From NCBI GenBank assembly GCA_965231085.1, contig OZ246413.1:411234-475233 (forward strand): a DNA stretch of 64,000 nucleotides, written 5' to 3'. The notes below the pieces were generated by a model. It saw only the letters and a program-made list of their open reading frames with translations, had not been told where the DNA came from and made no database searches. This DNA comes from an uncultured Candidatus Saccharibacteria bacterium (GTDB lineage: Bacteria; Patescibacteriota; Saccharimonadia; Saccharimonadales; UBA10212). Positions within the stretch are counted from its first letter, which is position 1. Each line of letters starts with the position of its first letter. Of this stretch, positions 36,471 to 44,407 are shown piece by piece. A program made the translations under genes and the position numbers.

Positions 36471-39083
36471 ATGCCTACTCAATTTCAAAAAATAAAATCA
36501 CTGGCACGAAAGATCTACTCAAGAGCGGATCGCTACGTAGCTAGGCTAGCCAGTCTGCAACATGCACCAAAATATGCATACGCTAGTCTGTTTGTACTGC
36601 TTGCCACCACCGTTTTTTGGTCAATCTTAGGTGGATCAGTACACCAAAGTAATGCCGATCAAATAGTTAATAGCTACCTATTTAGCGGAAATGACACTTT
36701 TCATAATTCTCAACTTCCCGGGGCACATACATTCTTAATAAAATGGCCGCTATTTTATTTAGTTGATCTTTTTAGGTCAAGTAGTGGAGCCCTTTTGGCG
36801 CTGACCATTATTGCGGCTACTCTTACTGTCGGTTTTATGGCACTCATTATTTATCGAATAGAAAAGCGCCCGTTGGTTTTTGGAACTATATGTTTAGCAC
36901 TGGCTAGTGTGCTCTTGATGGTACCGGCCGAACCGATGGCCGGAACACTATTGCCGCTCAACATGGCTATGTTGGCCACTCGCAATCTTGAGTATATTTT
37001 GTTTATTTTTGGGCTAGTGCTAATTTTTAGATCGCCTCGAATACGTAGCCGGTCCTTTTATCTCGGCGTTATCACACTAGGTGTGCTAATGGCTAGCGAT
37101 AAGCTCTTCCTAACGCTAGGAGCCGGTGGTGCATTAATTGCCTTAATTATTTACTCTCTCGCTAAAGGTTGGAGTCTAGTAAGTCTTTCTGCTAATTGGC
37201 TGGTTGGCACCGTATTAGCCTACCTTGTCGGCCTTACTTGTTTGTGGGCTATTCAGACTTCCAAACTTGTTCATATTATTGGCCAGAGTAATGCCAGCCC
37301 CTACTCAATAGTTACTAGTATTCATGCCTTGGTGCTCGGTGTTATATATGGGCTTTCGGCCTTGTTTACTAACTTTGGAGCCAATCCGGCTTATGACACA
37401 TCTGTGCTTAAAAATGTCCCCAGTGCGAGTCTGCATCGTCTTTTCTCTGTGTCCGGCCCAGCTTACATCATCAACTTTCTTATATTGATAGTCATTGTTG
37501 TAGCAATATGGAAACTAATCCAAACCAGCCTCAAGCACAACAAAGACGGCTCTCTGAGTATGGACCTGCCTGCAAAACTTTCTACGTCATTAATTTGGAT
37601 TAGTTTAGCTGGGTTTATCAGTTTTGTTGCATCCAAACATTACTACGCTGCTGATGCCAGGTATTTAACCATCTTCTTATTCACTGGTTTTTTTGCTGCC
37701 ACAACCGTTTTTAGAAAAGTTAATCTGGACAGTAAAAAACTCGTGTGGGCAGGGGTGGTTTTAGTTGCAGCTATCGGCTTTGGCATTGCCAGCGCTTCAG
37801 GAACCTACCGCAGTGAGATGAAATCAACATCCGAATTGAAGAGTCGCGATATCTTAGTTTCAAAAGCCTTAAGTCAGCACACGGTAAATAGTCTTGTTGG
37901 TGATTACTGGCGAGTTGTACCAGCTAGAGTTTATATACCAAAATCTATTAACGTTCTACCCCTGTCTAGCTGTACCTCCCCTCGAACAATACTTACTAGT
38001 ACATCGTGGCAGCGTGATCTATCTAAAGTAAGTTTTGCCTATCTTTTGAACTTAGAAAAAAGCCAAACCGATTTCCCGTCCTGTACTCTTGATCAAATTA
38101 TTGCAGCCTATGGGCGACCTAACGCCAGCGCCCTAATTGCAGGTACGCAAGATAGCCCTCAGGAGATATTGTTGTTTTATGATAAAGGTGCCAATAGTAG
38201 TTCACCAAATGTAGTACTAAAAACTCCAAGCACTATCCTGCCTGTCCCGCTCTCAGAGTTGCCCTACACCAGCTGCCCAACCGGCAAAACCATCATGAAT
38301 ATATCAGCCCATCAGGACGACGATCTGCTATTCATGAACCCAGACACTTTACATTCCTTGCAAGCTGGTGATTGTATTAGAGCAGTCTATTTAACTGCTG
38401 GCGACGCTGGTAACAATCAGCTCTATTGGCTCGGTCGAGAGCAAGGTTCCGAGGCAGCTTATGCCACCATGGAGGCCACCGATAACATTTGGGTAAAAAG
38501 AATTGTACGCCTAAATGACAAAGAGTTCATTAACGCTTCACATCCACGCGGAGATTACAAAACTAGCATAATATTTTTTAGGCTACCTGACGGTAATCTT
38601 AAGGGCCAGGGCTTTAGGCAATACCTATACGAAAGCCTGGCACAGCTAAATAGTGGCAAGATTAGTAGTCTTACTTCAGTTGACGGTCAGTCCACATACA
38701 CCAAGGATCAACTTGTAAGTGCCTTGTCAGAACTAATGAAGGTCTACGGTGTATCTGAAGTTCGAACCCAAAGTAGTTATGTAAGCAAGCAATACCCAGA
38801 TCACAGCGACCATATAGCCTCAGGCCAGCTTGCAACTCTGGCTAAGAATCTCTACGAAAAAAATTCTTTTGAAAACACAATTCCAATCCCAATTCACTTT
38901 TACACTGGTTACCCGGTACGCGAACAGCCAGCAAATATTAGCGGTTCTGACTTGATTGCCAAGGAAGCAATATTTCTCTCATACGCTAAGTTTGATAAAT
39001 CAGTTTGTCAAAATCACGTAGAATGCTCCGGCGTTTTGACCTACGGCTCCTACCTATCTCGCCAGTACGAAAAACCAAATTAG
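36471..39083 (+). CDS. Fusion protein: polytopic GT-C-like membrane domain + central domain + C-terminal PIG-L/LmbE-family deacetylase domain
   Basis: About 12 TM helices in the first 450 aa or so. From about nt 38290 the sequence reads NISAHQDDDLLFMNPD (AHPDDE-like), YLTAGDAG, and YPDHSDHIASG (HxDH zinc motif), all typical of PIG-L/LmbE N-acetylglucosaminyl deacetylases. Confidence 0.6.
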   Translation: MPTQFQKIKSLARKIYSRADRYVARLASLQHAPKYAYASLFVLLATTVFWSILGGSVHQSNADQIVNSYLFSGNDTFHNSQLPGAHTFLIKWPLFYLVDLFRSSSGALLALTIIAATLTVGFMALIIYRIEKRPLVFGTICLALASVLLMVPAEPMAGTLLPLNMAMLATRNLEYILFIFGLVLIFRSPRIRSRSFYLGVITLGVLMASDKLFLTLGAGGALIALIIYSLAKGWSLVSLSANWLVGTVLAYLVGLTCLWAIQTSKLVHIIGQSNASPYSIVTSIHALVLGVIYGLSALFTNFGANPAYDTSVLKNVPSASLHRLFSVSGPAYIINFLILIVIVVAIWKLIQTSLKHNKDGSLSMDLPAKLSTSLIWISLAGFISFVASKHYYAADARYLTIFLFTGFFAATTVFRKVNLDSKKLVWAGVVLVAAIGFGIASASGTYRSEMKSTSELKSRDILVSKALSQHTVNSLVGDYWRVVPARVYIPKSINVLPLSSCTSPRTILTSTSWQRDLSKVSFAYLLNLEKSQTDFPSCTLDQIIAAYGRPNASALIAGTQDSPQEILLFYDKGANSSSPNVVLKTPSTILPVPLSELPYTSCPTGKTIMNISAHQDDDLLFMNPDTLHSLQAGDCIRAVYLTAGDAGNNQLYWLGREQGSEAAYATMEATDNIWVKRIVRLNDKEFINASHPRGDYKTSIIFFRLPDGNLKGQGFRQYLYESLAQLNSGKISSLTSVDGQSTYTKDQLVSALSELMKVYGVSEVRTQSSYVSKQYPDHSDHIASGQLATLAKNLYEKNSFENTIPIPIHFYTGYPVREQPANISGSDLIAKEAIFLSYAKFDKSVCQNHVECSGVLTYGSYLSRQYEKPN

Positions 39084-40249
39084 AATTGTTTTAAGAAGTT
39101 TGTATCAAAAACTGTCGTTTTGCTTTGTTGGCTAGTCCATCGCTGCTTTGCCAAATCTATCAAATCCTCAACTAATTGAATATTCGAAACACCTGTCTTG
39201 TTCCAGTTATGTGAATACAGGCTACCTGGCAAAGTATTAACTTCATTAAAATAAACTTTACTTGCTTTGGTATCAATTAACATATCAACCCTGGCAATGC
39301 CCTCGCAGCCTAGGGCCCTATAAACGCTTAACCCCAGTTTTTCAGCCTGTTTATATAAACTATCAGGCAACTTAGCTGGGAGTTCACTATAGCCTTGAGC
39401 TCCGCGTTTGCCGCTCTTGCCCGCGCCTTTTTTACCGCCGTTAATATATTTTTTATCAAAATCGAAATACTCATCATCGCTCGTTAATGGATGTTCTAGA
39501 AATGCTGGCTTAAGCGTTTGATTACCCATTATCGGCAGTGTTACTTCGTATAAGTTCTGCACGGACTGCTCAACAATAATGCGCTCATCATAAACCAGAG
39601 CGACTTCAATAGCGTTTTGCAACTCAACCAAACTTCCAACTTTAGAAATGCCAATGCTAGAACCTAGGTGTGCCGGCTTAACAAATAGTGGATAGTTTAG
39701 TTTTGATGTAATTCTTTTTAGTATTTCTTTGCTGTTATCGACATAATCGGCACTAGTGAACCAATCCCATGCTGGTGTAGGTACCCCAGCACTAGTACTA
39801 ACCTGTTTGGCTAGAACTTTGTCCATGGCAACTGCACTGGCGCTAACACCGCAACCAACATATGGAACGTTCGCCATTTCAAAAATTGCCATTAATTCTC
39901 CGTCTTCGCCATGAGTCCCATGGGTTGCCGGAAAGGCGATGTCAATTCTAACCCTGTTTCTTTTGCCCTTTTGCAACACTAAACCATTTTGAAAAATAAG
40001 CTTCACTGGTTCGGCTTTTTTAAGGTAATCATCTATTTTCCCTGAACTATAAAGCGCGATTTCACCCAGCTTATCATCCATAAACCATTGGCCATCTTTC
40101 GCGATATAAACTGGTATAACAGTATATTTTCGTGTCAATTTAAGTGGCACTATTATAGCTGCAAGCGCAGTCACGATTGAAACATCATGTTCGGCGGAAC
40201 GGCTGCCAAAAAATACGCCAACGGTTGGTTTACTCATACCTTTAAGCAT
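39080..40249 (-). CDS. ddl: D-alanine--D-alanine ligase
   Basis: VGVFFGSRSAEHDVSIVTA, HGTHGEDGELMAIFE, YPLFVKPAHLGSSIGISKV, ARVDMLID...VYFNEVNTLPG. Confidence 0.9.
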   Translation of the reverse strand: MLKGMSKPTVGVFFGSRSAEHDVSIVTALAAIIVPLKLTRKYTVIPVYIAKDGQWFMDDKLGEIALYSSGKIDDYLKKAEPVKLIFQNGLVLQKGKRNRVRIDIAFPATHGTHGEDGELMAIFEMANVPYVGCGVSASAVAMDKVLAKQVSTSAGVPTPAWDWFTSADYVDNSKEILKRITSKLNYPLFVKPAHLGSSIGISKVGSLVELQNAIEVALVYDERIIVEQSVQNLYEVTLPIMGNQTLKPAFLEHPLTSDDEYFDFDKKYINGGKKGAGKSGKRGAQGYSELPAKLPDSLYKQAEKLGLSVYRALGCEGIARVDMLIDTKASKVYFNEVNTLPGSLYSHNWNKTGVSNIQLVEDLIDLAKQRWTSQQSKTTVFDTNFLKQF

Positions 40250-40255
40250 AACATT

Positions 40256-41704
40256 TTACACATAATTATCCGGCCAGTCGTTTTGCATTAATACCAGGTC
40301 ACCTTCGGCCACAAAGTGCTCTAGATTTGTATAAAACTCTAGTGGGTCTTCCTCTATGCGAACTTTGCCTTGGTAACTAGACATTCTTATGCCCTGGTCT
40401 ATATAGTCAGTAACGCTATTTTTCATTAACACAACCAAATCTGGGTTGGCCTTGGCTATCGCTTTGCCGAGCTCCATGTGTACTTTTACGGTTTCGTCAC
40501 CTTGGTCAACAAGTCCGGGTGTAACATATATTTTATTTTTGGCTTTTAGCTCTTTCAGAAGTTGTAACCCGGCAAACATCCCCTCAATATTGCCGTTGTA
40601 GGTATCGTCTATTACCCATGCACCTTTTAGTTGCTTGGGCTGCATACGGTGTTCAAACGCCTCTAACTTAGCCACCTCTGCTATTATTTTGGCTTCATCA
40701 ATCCCAGCTTCTGTAGCCAAGTGAACAGCCAAAGCTATAGGTCCAACTAAGTGCCGGCCAATTAGTTTAGTTTTTAATTTCAGGGTCTTGTTGTTTTTGG
40801 TCAGATTAAAGCTCGTGCCCTGTATGCTAAGCGAGACCCTGCTAGCTTGCCAGCCGTCTACGCCACTTTCTGAAAACTTTATTTGCCCCTGCTCTATAAA
40901 AGCTTTGGTTTCGGGGCTATCGGCATTTACATATACTTCGTTCTTGGTCACGTACTTGCTTAGAGAAAAAATATCTTCACCAGCTTGTTTTAGAGATTTA
41001 TATTTATCTAAGTGAGCCGGTGCTAAACCAGTTATTATGCCAATGTCTGGTTTGGTGACGCGAGAAAACCGGGCAATATCGCCCGGGCGGCCTTCGCCGT
41101 ACTCTAATAGTAAAATGTCCTCTTTGCCAGTCAGTGTTTTAGCAAACTCGGCATGACTGCTAGACACGTTTTTGTTCCCCGGCGTGGCGGCCACAACCAA
41201 ACCACTAGATAGCACAGAGCCAAGAATCTCCTTCATGGTAGTTTTGCCATAACTGCCAGCAATTGCTATTTTTACTCCGTTGTGGCGAGCAAATATCTTG
41301 GCTGATTTTCTAATATTTAGATAAGCTAGGGGTTTAATTATTAGTAGCCTGGCCAGCTCTAGTGGAACAACAATAATCTGGGCCCAAACAACTGGGGCTG
41401 ATAGTAAAAATACTACGATTATAGCAATGGTAATTGGTGAATGGTTTCTGTGGTAGGCGTGGTAACCAAGATAAATTCCCCAGATAGTTTGGGCAAGCAT
41501 GCCAAGCCAGAACAGGGCAAGTAGGCCCTTAGTGGCCTTTGTTTTAATCAAACTTTTGCGATAGCTAACGGTGTCAAAATTAAGAGTTCTGTGCAACCAA
41601 GCATAGTATGCAGAGCTCTGATACTCAGTTGCCTGCAGCATATAAACAACCGTACTTGGAAAACTTGGTTTATAGATACTTAAATAATCTTTTAATTTCA
41701 TCAC
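40256..41704 (-). CDS. murF: Mur ligase family protein, MurF-like, with N-terminal transmembrane segment replacing the usual N-domain
   Basis: Central-domain P-loop IAIAGSYGKTTMKEIL and C-terminal TPGLVDQGDETVKVHMELG. The first 125 aa or so contain two hydrophobic helices (LLALFWLGMLAQTIWGIYLGY and ITIAIIVVFLLSAPVVWAQIIVV). Directly upstream of ddl. Confidence 0.65.
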   Translation of the reverse strand: MMKLKDYLSIYKPSFPSTVVYMLQATEYQSSAYYAWLHRTLNFDTVSYRKSLIKTKATKGLLALFWLGMLAQTIWGIYLGYHAYHRNHSPITIAIIVVFLLSAPVVWAQIIVVPLELARLLIIKPLAYLNIRKSAKIFARHNGVKIAIAGSYGKTTMKEILGSVLSSGLVVAATPGNKNVSSSHAEFAKTLTGKEDILLLEYGEGRPGDIARFSRVTKPDIGIITGLAPAHLDKYKSLKQAGEDIFSLSKYVTKNEVYVNADSPETKAFIEQGQIKFSESGVDGWQASRVSLSIQGTSFNLTKNNKTLKLKTKLIGRHLVGPIALAVHLATEAGIDEAKIIAEVAKLEAFEHRMQPKQLKGAWVIDDTYNGNIEGMFAGLQLLKELKAKNKIYVTPGLVDQGDETVKVHMELGKAIAKANPDLVVLMKNSVTDYIDQGIRMSSYQGKVRIEEDPLEFYTNLEHFVAEGDLVLMQNDWPDNYV

Positions 41705-42459
41705 TTACCCAAAAAATCTTTAATATACTTTGCTACTTCGTCCTGATTGCTCTGGTGCACAAAATGGCCTGCCCCTTCAACTATCCTTAGTTCAGATTTA
41801 GGAATTGCTTGCGCAAGCAACTGCCCGTATTCAACCGGTGTTTCAGAGTCTTTTGAGCCATAGATTAACAAAGTAGGGGCACTAACACTCGTAGCTTCTT
41901 TGCGGACATCGTCATTTATAATTTTCTTAAAAATAGCTTGCATGTGCGGGGCAAGCATATAGTCCGAGCCTAGTTTGCTATAGGCTTTTGTTTTTATGGC
42001 ATTTCGCCTATTTTTGGGCAGTAAATAAAGTGGCAGCTTGGCAGCCTTAGAAACAATTTTTAATGTTTGCTTTTGCAATTTAGCACTGGCCCTAATACCA
42101 GCCGACCCAATAAGTACTAGCTTTTCAGATTGCAATTTATTCTGACCAAGGCCTTTAATAAGTACTGCTCCACCATAGGAATGCCCAACAAAAGCGTTAA
42201 CCTTTTGAACATCAATTTTAGCGAGTAAATCATTTGTAAAATCTGCATAATCCGATAAGCTCCAGGCGCTAATTGGGGCTTGCGAGCCACCAAAGCCCGG
42301 CAGGTCTATACTAATAATCATGAACTCTTCCTTGAGAATATTAATAACCTCGTTAAACGTAGCGTTAGTGTCACCCCACCCATGTAGAAACACTAGTATT
42401 CTTTTGCCAGTACCAGATTTTCGGTAGTTGGCCATTAGGCCATTTACAAGAACGTGCAT
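41701..42459 (-). CDS. Alpha/beta hydrolase
   Basis: HGWGD oxyanion region, nucleophile elbow GHSYGG, C-terminal GAGHFVH. Confidence 0.8.
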   Translation of the reverse strand: MHVLVNGLMANYRKSGTGKRILVFLHGWGDTNATFNEVINILKEEFMIISIDLPGFGGSQAPISAWSLSDYADFTNDLLAKIDVQKVNAFVGHSYGGAVLIKGLGQNKLQSEKLVLIGSAGIRASAKLQKQTLKIVSKAAKLPLYLLPKNRRNAIKTKAYSKLGSDYMLAPHMQAIFKKIINDDVRKEATSVSAPTLLIYGSKDSETPVEYGQLLAQAIPKSELRIVEGAGHFVHQSNQDEVAKYIKDFLGK

Positions 42460-42478
42460 GCCTATAAGTATACTCGAG

Positions 42479-43159
42479 TTATCCCCTAAGCTTAAGTACT
42501 TCTTGTTCGGTAAGGTCGCGCCACTGGCTGGGCCTTAAGCCCTTTAAGTCCAGCGGGCCATAATGACTGCGGTGCAGCTTAACAACCGGCAGGCTTACGG
42601 CGTCGAGCATGCGCTTAACCTGGTGGTTGCGGCCCTCATGAATAATAAGCTCTAGCCTATCATCGCTAAGTTGCCTAACCTTGGCCGGCGCCGTCTTACC
42701 ATCCTCTAGCAATACGCCATTCCTTAACACGTCAAGTTTATAATGGTCTATCACGCCCTCTACTGTTGCTACGTAAGTTTTATCTACCTCGAAGCTTGGG
42801 TGCATAAGTTTGTGAGCCAGATCCCCGTCGTTGGTAAGCAGCAGTGCGCCGGTTGTGTCAAAATCTAGTCGCCCTACCGGCACGACCCTCTCGGGTATTT
42901 TTACGTCATCAAGTATTGTTGGCCGATCTTCCGGATCCTTCAGGGTGGTAACACTTCGCTGTGGTTTATAAAAAAGTATATAGCGAAGTTTCTGGCGGCT
43001 AATATCCTTACCATCTAGTTTCACAATGTCGCCGTCTTCTACCTGCGTATTTAACTGGCCAGGCTTTCCATTTACCTCAACTCGGCCAGCTTTTATAATT
43101 TCGTCAGCTCCACGTCGTGAAGCTTTACCGGCTCGAGCTAGATAAGCATTTAGTCTCAT
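42479..43159 (-). CDS. Pseudouridine synthase, RsuA/RluB family
   Basis: N-terminal S4 domain (RLNAYLARAGKASRRGADEII) and catalytic motif VGRLDFDTTGALLLTNDG. Confidence 0.9.
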   Translation of the reverse strand: MRLNAYLARAGKASRRGADEIIKAGRVEVNGKPGQLNTQVEDGDIVKLDGKDISRQKLRYILFYKPQRSVTTLKDPEDRPTILDDVKIPERVVPVGRLDFDTTGALLLTNDGDLAHKLMHPSFEVDKTYVATVEGVIDHYKLDVLRNGVLLEDGKTAPAKVRQLSDDRLELIIHEGRNHQVKRMLDAVSLPVVKLHRSHYGPLDLKGLRPSQWRDLTEQEVLKLRG

Positions 43160-43200
43160 AAATATATTGTATAGGTTATCTAGGTTTTAATAAGTGTTAT

Positions 43201-43227
43201 GTGCGGCCCCCTTGCGGGGGCGCGCAC
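43201..43227 (-). terminator. GC-rich hairpin immediately after the high-GC ORF
   Basis: The minus strand reads GTGCG-C-GCCCCC-gcaa-GGGGGC-CGCAC: an 11-bp stem with a 1-nt bulge, beginning 7 nt after the TGA. No U-tail follows. Confidence 0.55.
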
Positions 43228-43233
43228 GGACGA

Positions 43234-43446
43234 TCAGGCCGGAGCGAGTACGAACCCACGCTCCTCGGCGGCGGGAGTGAGATTGCAGCAGGCGTCGAGG
43301 ACGCCGCAGTTGCCGAGCTCGGTCTTGAGGCGCTCGACGCGCAGTCTCAGCACCTCGTACCCGGCCTCGTTCTCGCTCATGGCCTTGAGACGATTGACGG
43401 CTTCCCGCCACTCGTCTATCTTGGCCTGAGTGGCCTCGTTGGGCAT
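43234..43446 (-). CDS. Small protein (70 aa) encoded in a compositionally foreign high-GC cassette
   Basis: Strong Shine-Dalgarno CCAGGAGGAAGGAGCGT-ATG. Hand count gives 139/213 G+C (65%), and 59 of 70 codons end in G or C. The protein MPNEATQAKIDEWREAVNRLKAMSENEAGYEVLRLRVERLKTELGNCGVLDACCNLTPAAEERGFVLAPA has a helical N-terminal two-thirds and a Cys-containing C-terminus. No family recognised. Confidence 0.6.
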   Translation of the reverse strand: MPNEATQAKIDEWREAVNRLKAMSENEAGYEVLRLRVERLKTELGNCGVLDACCNLTPAAEERGFVLAPA

Positions 43447-43468
43447 ACGCTCCTTCCTCCTGGTCGAA

Positions 43469-43499
43469 GTTGTACGGCTAACAGCACGAATACTGTCAA
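43469..43499 (-). promoter_or_regulatory. Candidate promoter at the edge of the high-GC cassette
   Basis: On the minus strand: TTGACA (43499-43494), 19-nt spacer, TACAAC (43474-43469). The spacer is longer than optimal. Confidence 0.3.
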
Positions 43500-43525
43500 G
43501 TACTGTTATATATTATAATATTATT

Positions 43526-43729
43526 CTAATTAGTCAATGCTAGATAGCTAAACGCTATGCCAAGTATAAAAAAGACTACCATGCCATGTATTTCGTATTC
43601 TGGTGCATCCCAAAAATGTAGGAAACTAGTGAACCAATTGTGCTTATACCCATATTTAATTTGCATATAATCTCGGATGATATGAATAAAACTTAATGCC
43701 GCGAGAATACCGTAGATAGTTTTGTGCAT
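43526..43729 (-). CDS. Small two-TM membrane protein (67 aa)
   Basis: The track ORF 43526..43777 runs into tRNA-Ala. The internal ATG at 43729 (MHKTIYGILAALSFIHII...) avoids the overlap. It has two hydrophobic helices. Confidence 0.5.
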   Translation of the reverse strand: MHKTIYGILAALSFIHIIRDYMQIKYGYKHNWFTSFLHFWDAPEYEIHGMVVFFILGIAFSYLALTN

Positions 43730-43737
43730 AAATCTTT

Positions 43738-43814
43738 TGGTGGAGCATAAGGGATTCGAACCCTTGACCTCATCCATGCCATGGATGCGCGCTAGCCAAC
43801 TGCGCTAATGCCCC
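43738..43814 (-). tRNA. tRNA-Ala (anticodon GGC)
   Basis: The minus strand reads GGGGCAT-TA-GCGC-AGTTGGCTA-GCGC-G-CATCC-ATGGCAT-GGATG-AGGTC-AAGGG-TTCGAAT-CCCTT-ATGCTCC-A-CCA. The G3:U70 identity pair is present. Confidence 0.9.
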
Positions 43815-43890
43815 ACGTCGGAATCGACGTGCCAGCTTCCGTAAAATTATACATAATTCTACTTACAGCTTCAGGTCGCTTCCTCCTTCT

Positions 43891-43931
43891 CAATTTTGTA
43901 AAGTACTGCACTGCGGAACTTCACAAAATTG
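43891..43931 (-). terminator. AT-rich hairpin between the DUF4396 gene and tRNA-Ala
   Basis: CAATTTTGTAAAGT (43891-43904) and ACTTCACAAAATTG (43918-43931) form a 14-bp stem with one mismatch. There is no clear U-run. Confidence 0.3.
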
Positions 43932-43972
43932 TTTAGAACAAAAGTAATTATAGTCTTTTTAATCTGTTATTT

Positions 43973-44398
43973 CTAGTGGTGGTGAATATGTTTTGATTGG
44001 CTCATCACATAACGGTTAACCGGTACGGTTATAACAAAAGCAACAGCCAAAGACAGGGCTAAGCTCCACCAGAACAAACCCTGGTTAAGTTTTGAGTTCA
44101 TGGCTCCGGGTATAAGCCACTCTATTCCATTATCTATAATCTCCATAGAGATAATCGAAACCGTATCAGCCACTAGCGCAATTTTTATTGCTCTTCTTAC
44201 CTCCGGTTTTTCAGCGTATGCTCCGTTGAAGGTTAAGCCATAACCAAAAATGAAAGCTAAAGCCGTTGCAAGTGACGTTTGTGCAGCGTTATGCCAATTC
44301 TGGCCAATAGCCATGCCAAGCACTTCGCCAATTCCACAACCAATTAAACAATGTTTAGTGTGTGCAATTGCCTGTTTGGTGAGTTTATCAATAACCAT
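43973..44398 (-). CDS. DUF4396 family membrane protein
   Basis: HCLIGCGIGEVLGMAIG near the N-terminus and 4 TM helices. Confidence 0.65.
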   Translation of the reverse strand: MVIDKLTKQAIAHTKHCLIGCGIGEVLGMAIGQNWHNAAQTSLATALAFIFGYGLTFNGAYAEKPEVRRAIKIALVADTVSIISMEIIDNGIEWLIPGAMNSKLNQGLFWWSLALSLAVAFVITVPVNRYVMSQSKHIHHH

Positions 44399-44407
44399 TT
44401 AGCTCTA

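Noticed and set aside
43187-43518. Three other overlapping ORFs in the high-GC cassette: 43187-43411 minus, 43199-43429 plus and 43201-43518 plus.
   Set aside because: High-GC DNA keeps all frames open. These frames give Arg/Pro/Gly/Ala-rich junk and lack a Shine-Dalgarno. One of them extends across the terminator hairpin. Only 43234-43446 (minus) combines an SD, strong GC3 bias and a downstream hairpin.
43815-43972. An orphan strong Shine-Dalgarno-like GAAGGAGGAAG on the minus strand between the DUF4396 gene and tRNA-Ala. I considered a hidden small ORF.
   Set aside because: The nearest in-frame ATG is about 30 nt away and that frame reads into the tRNA. The alternative CTG-initiated frame stops after three codons. 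No credible ORF results.
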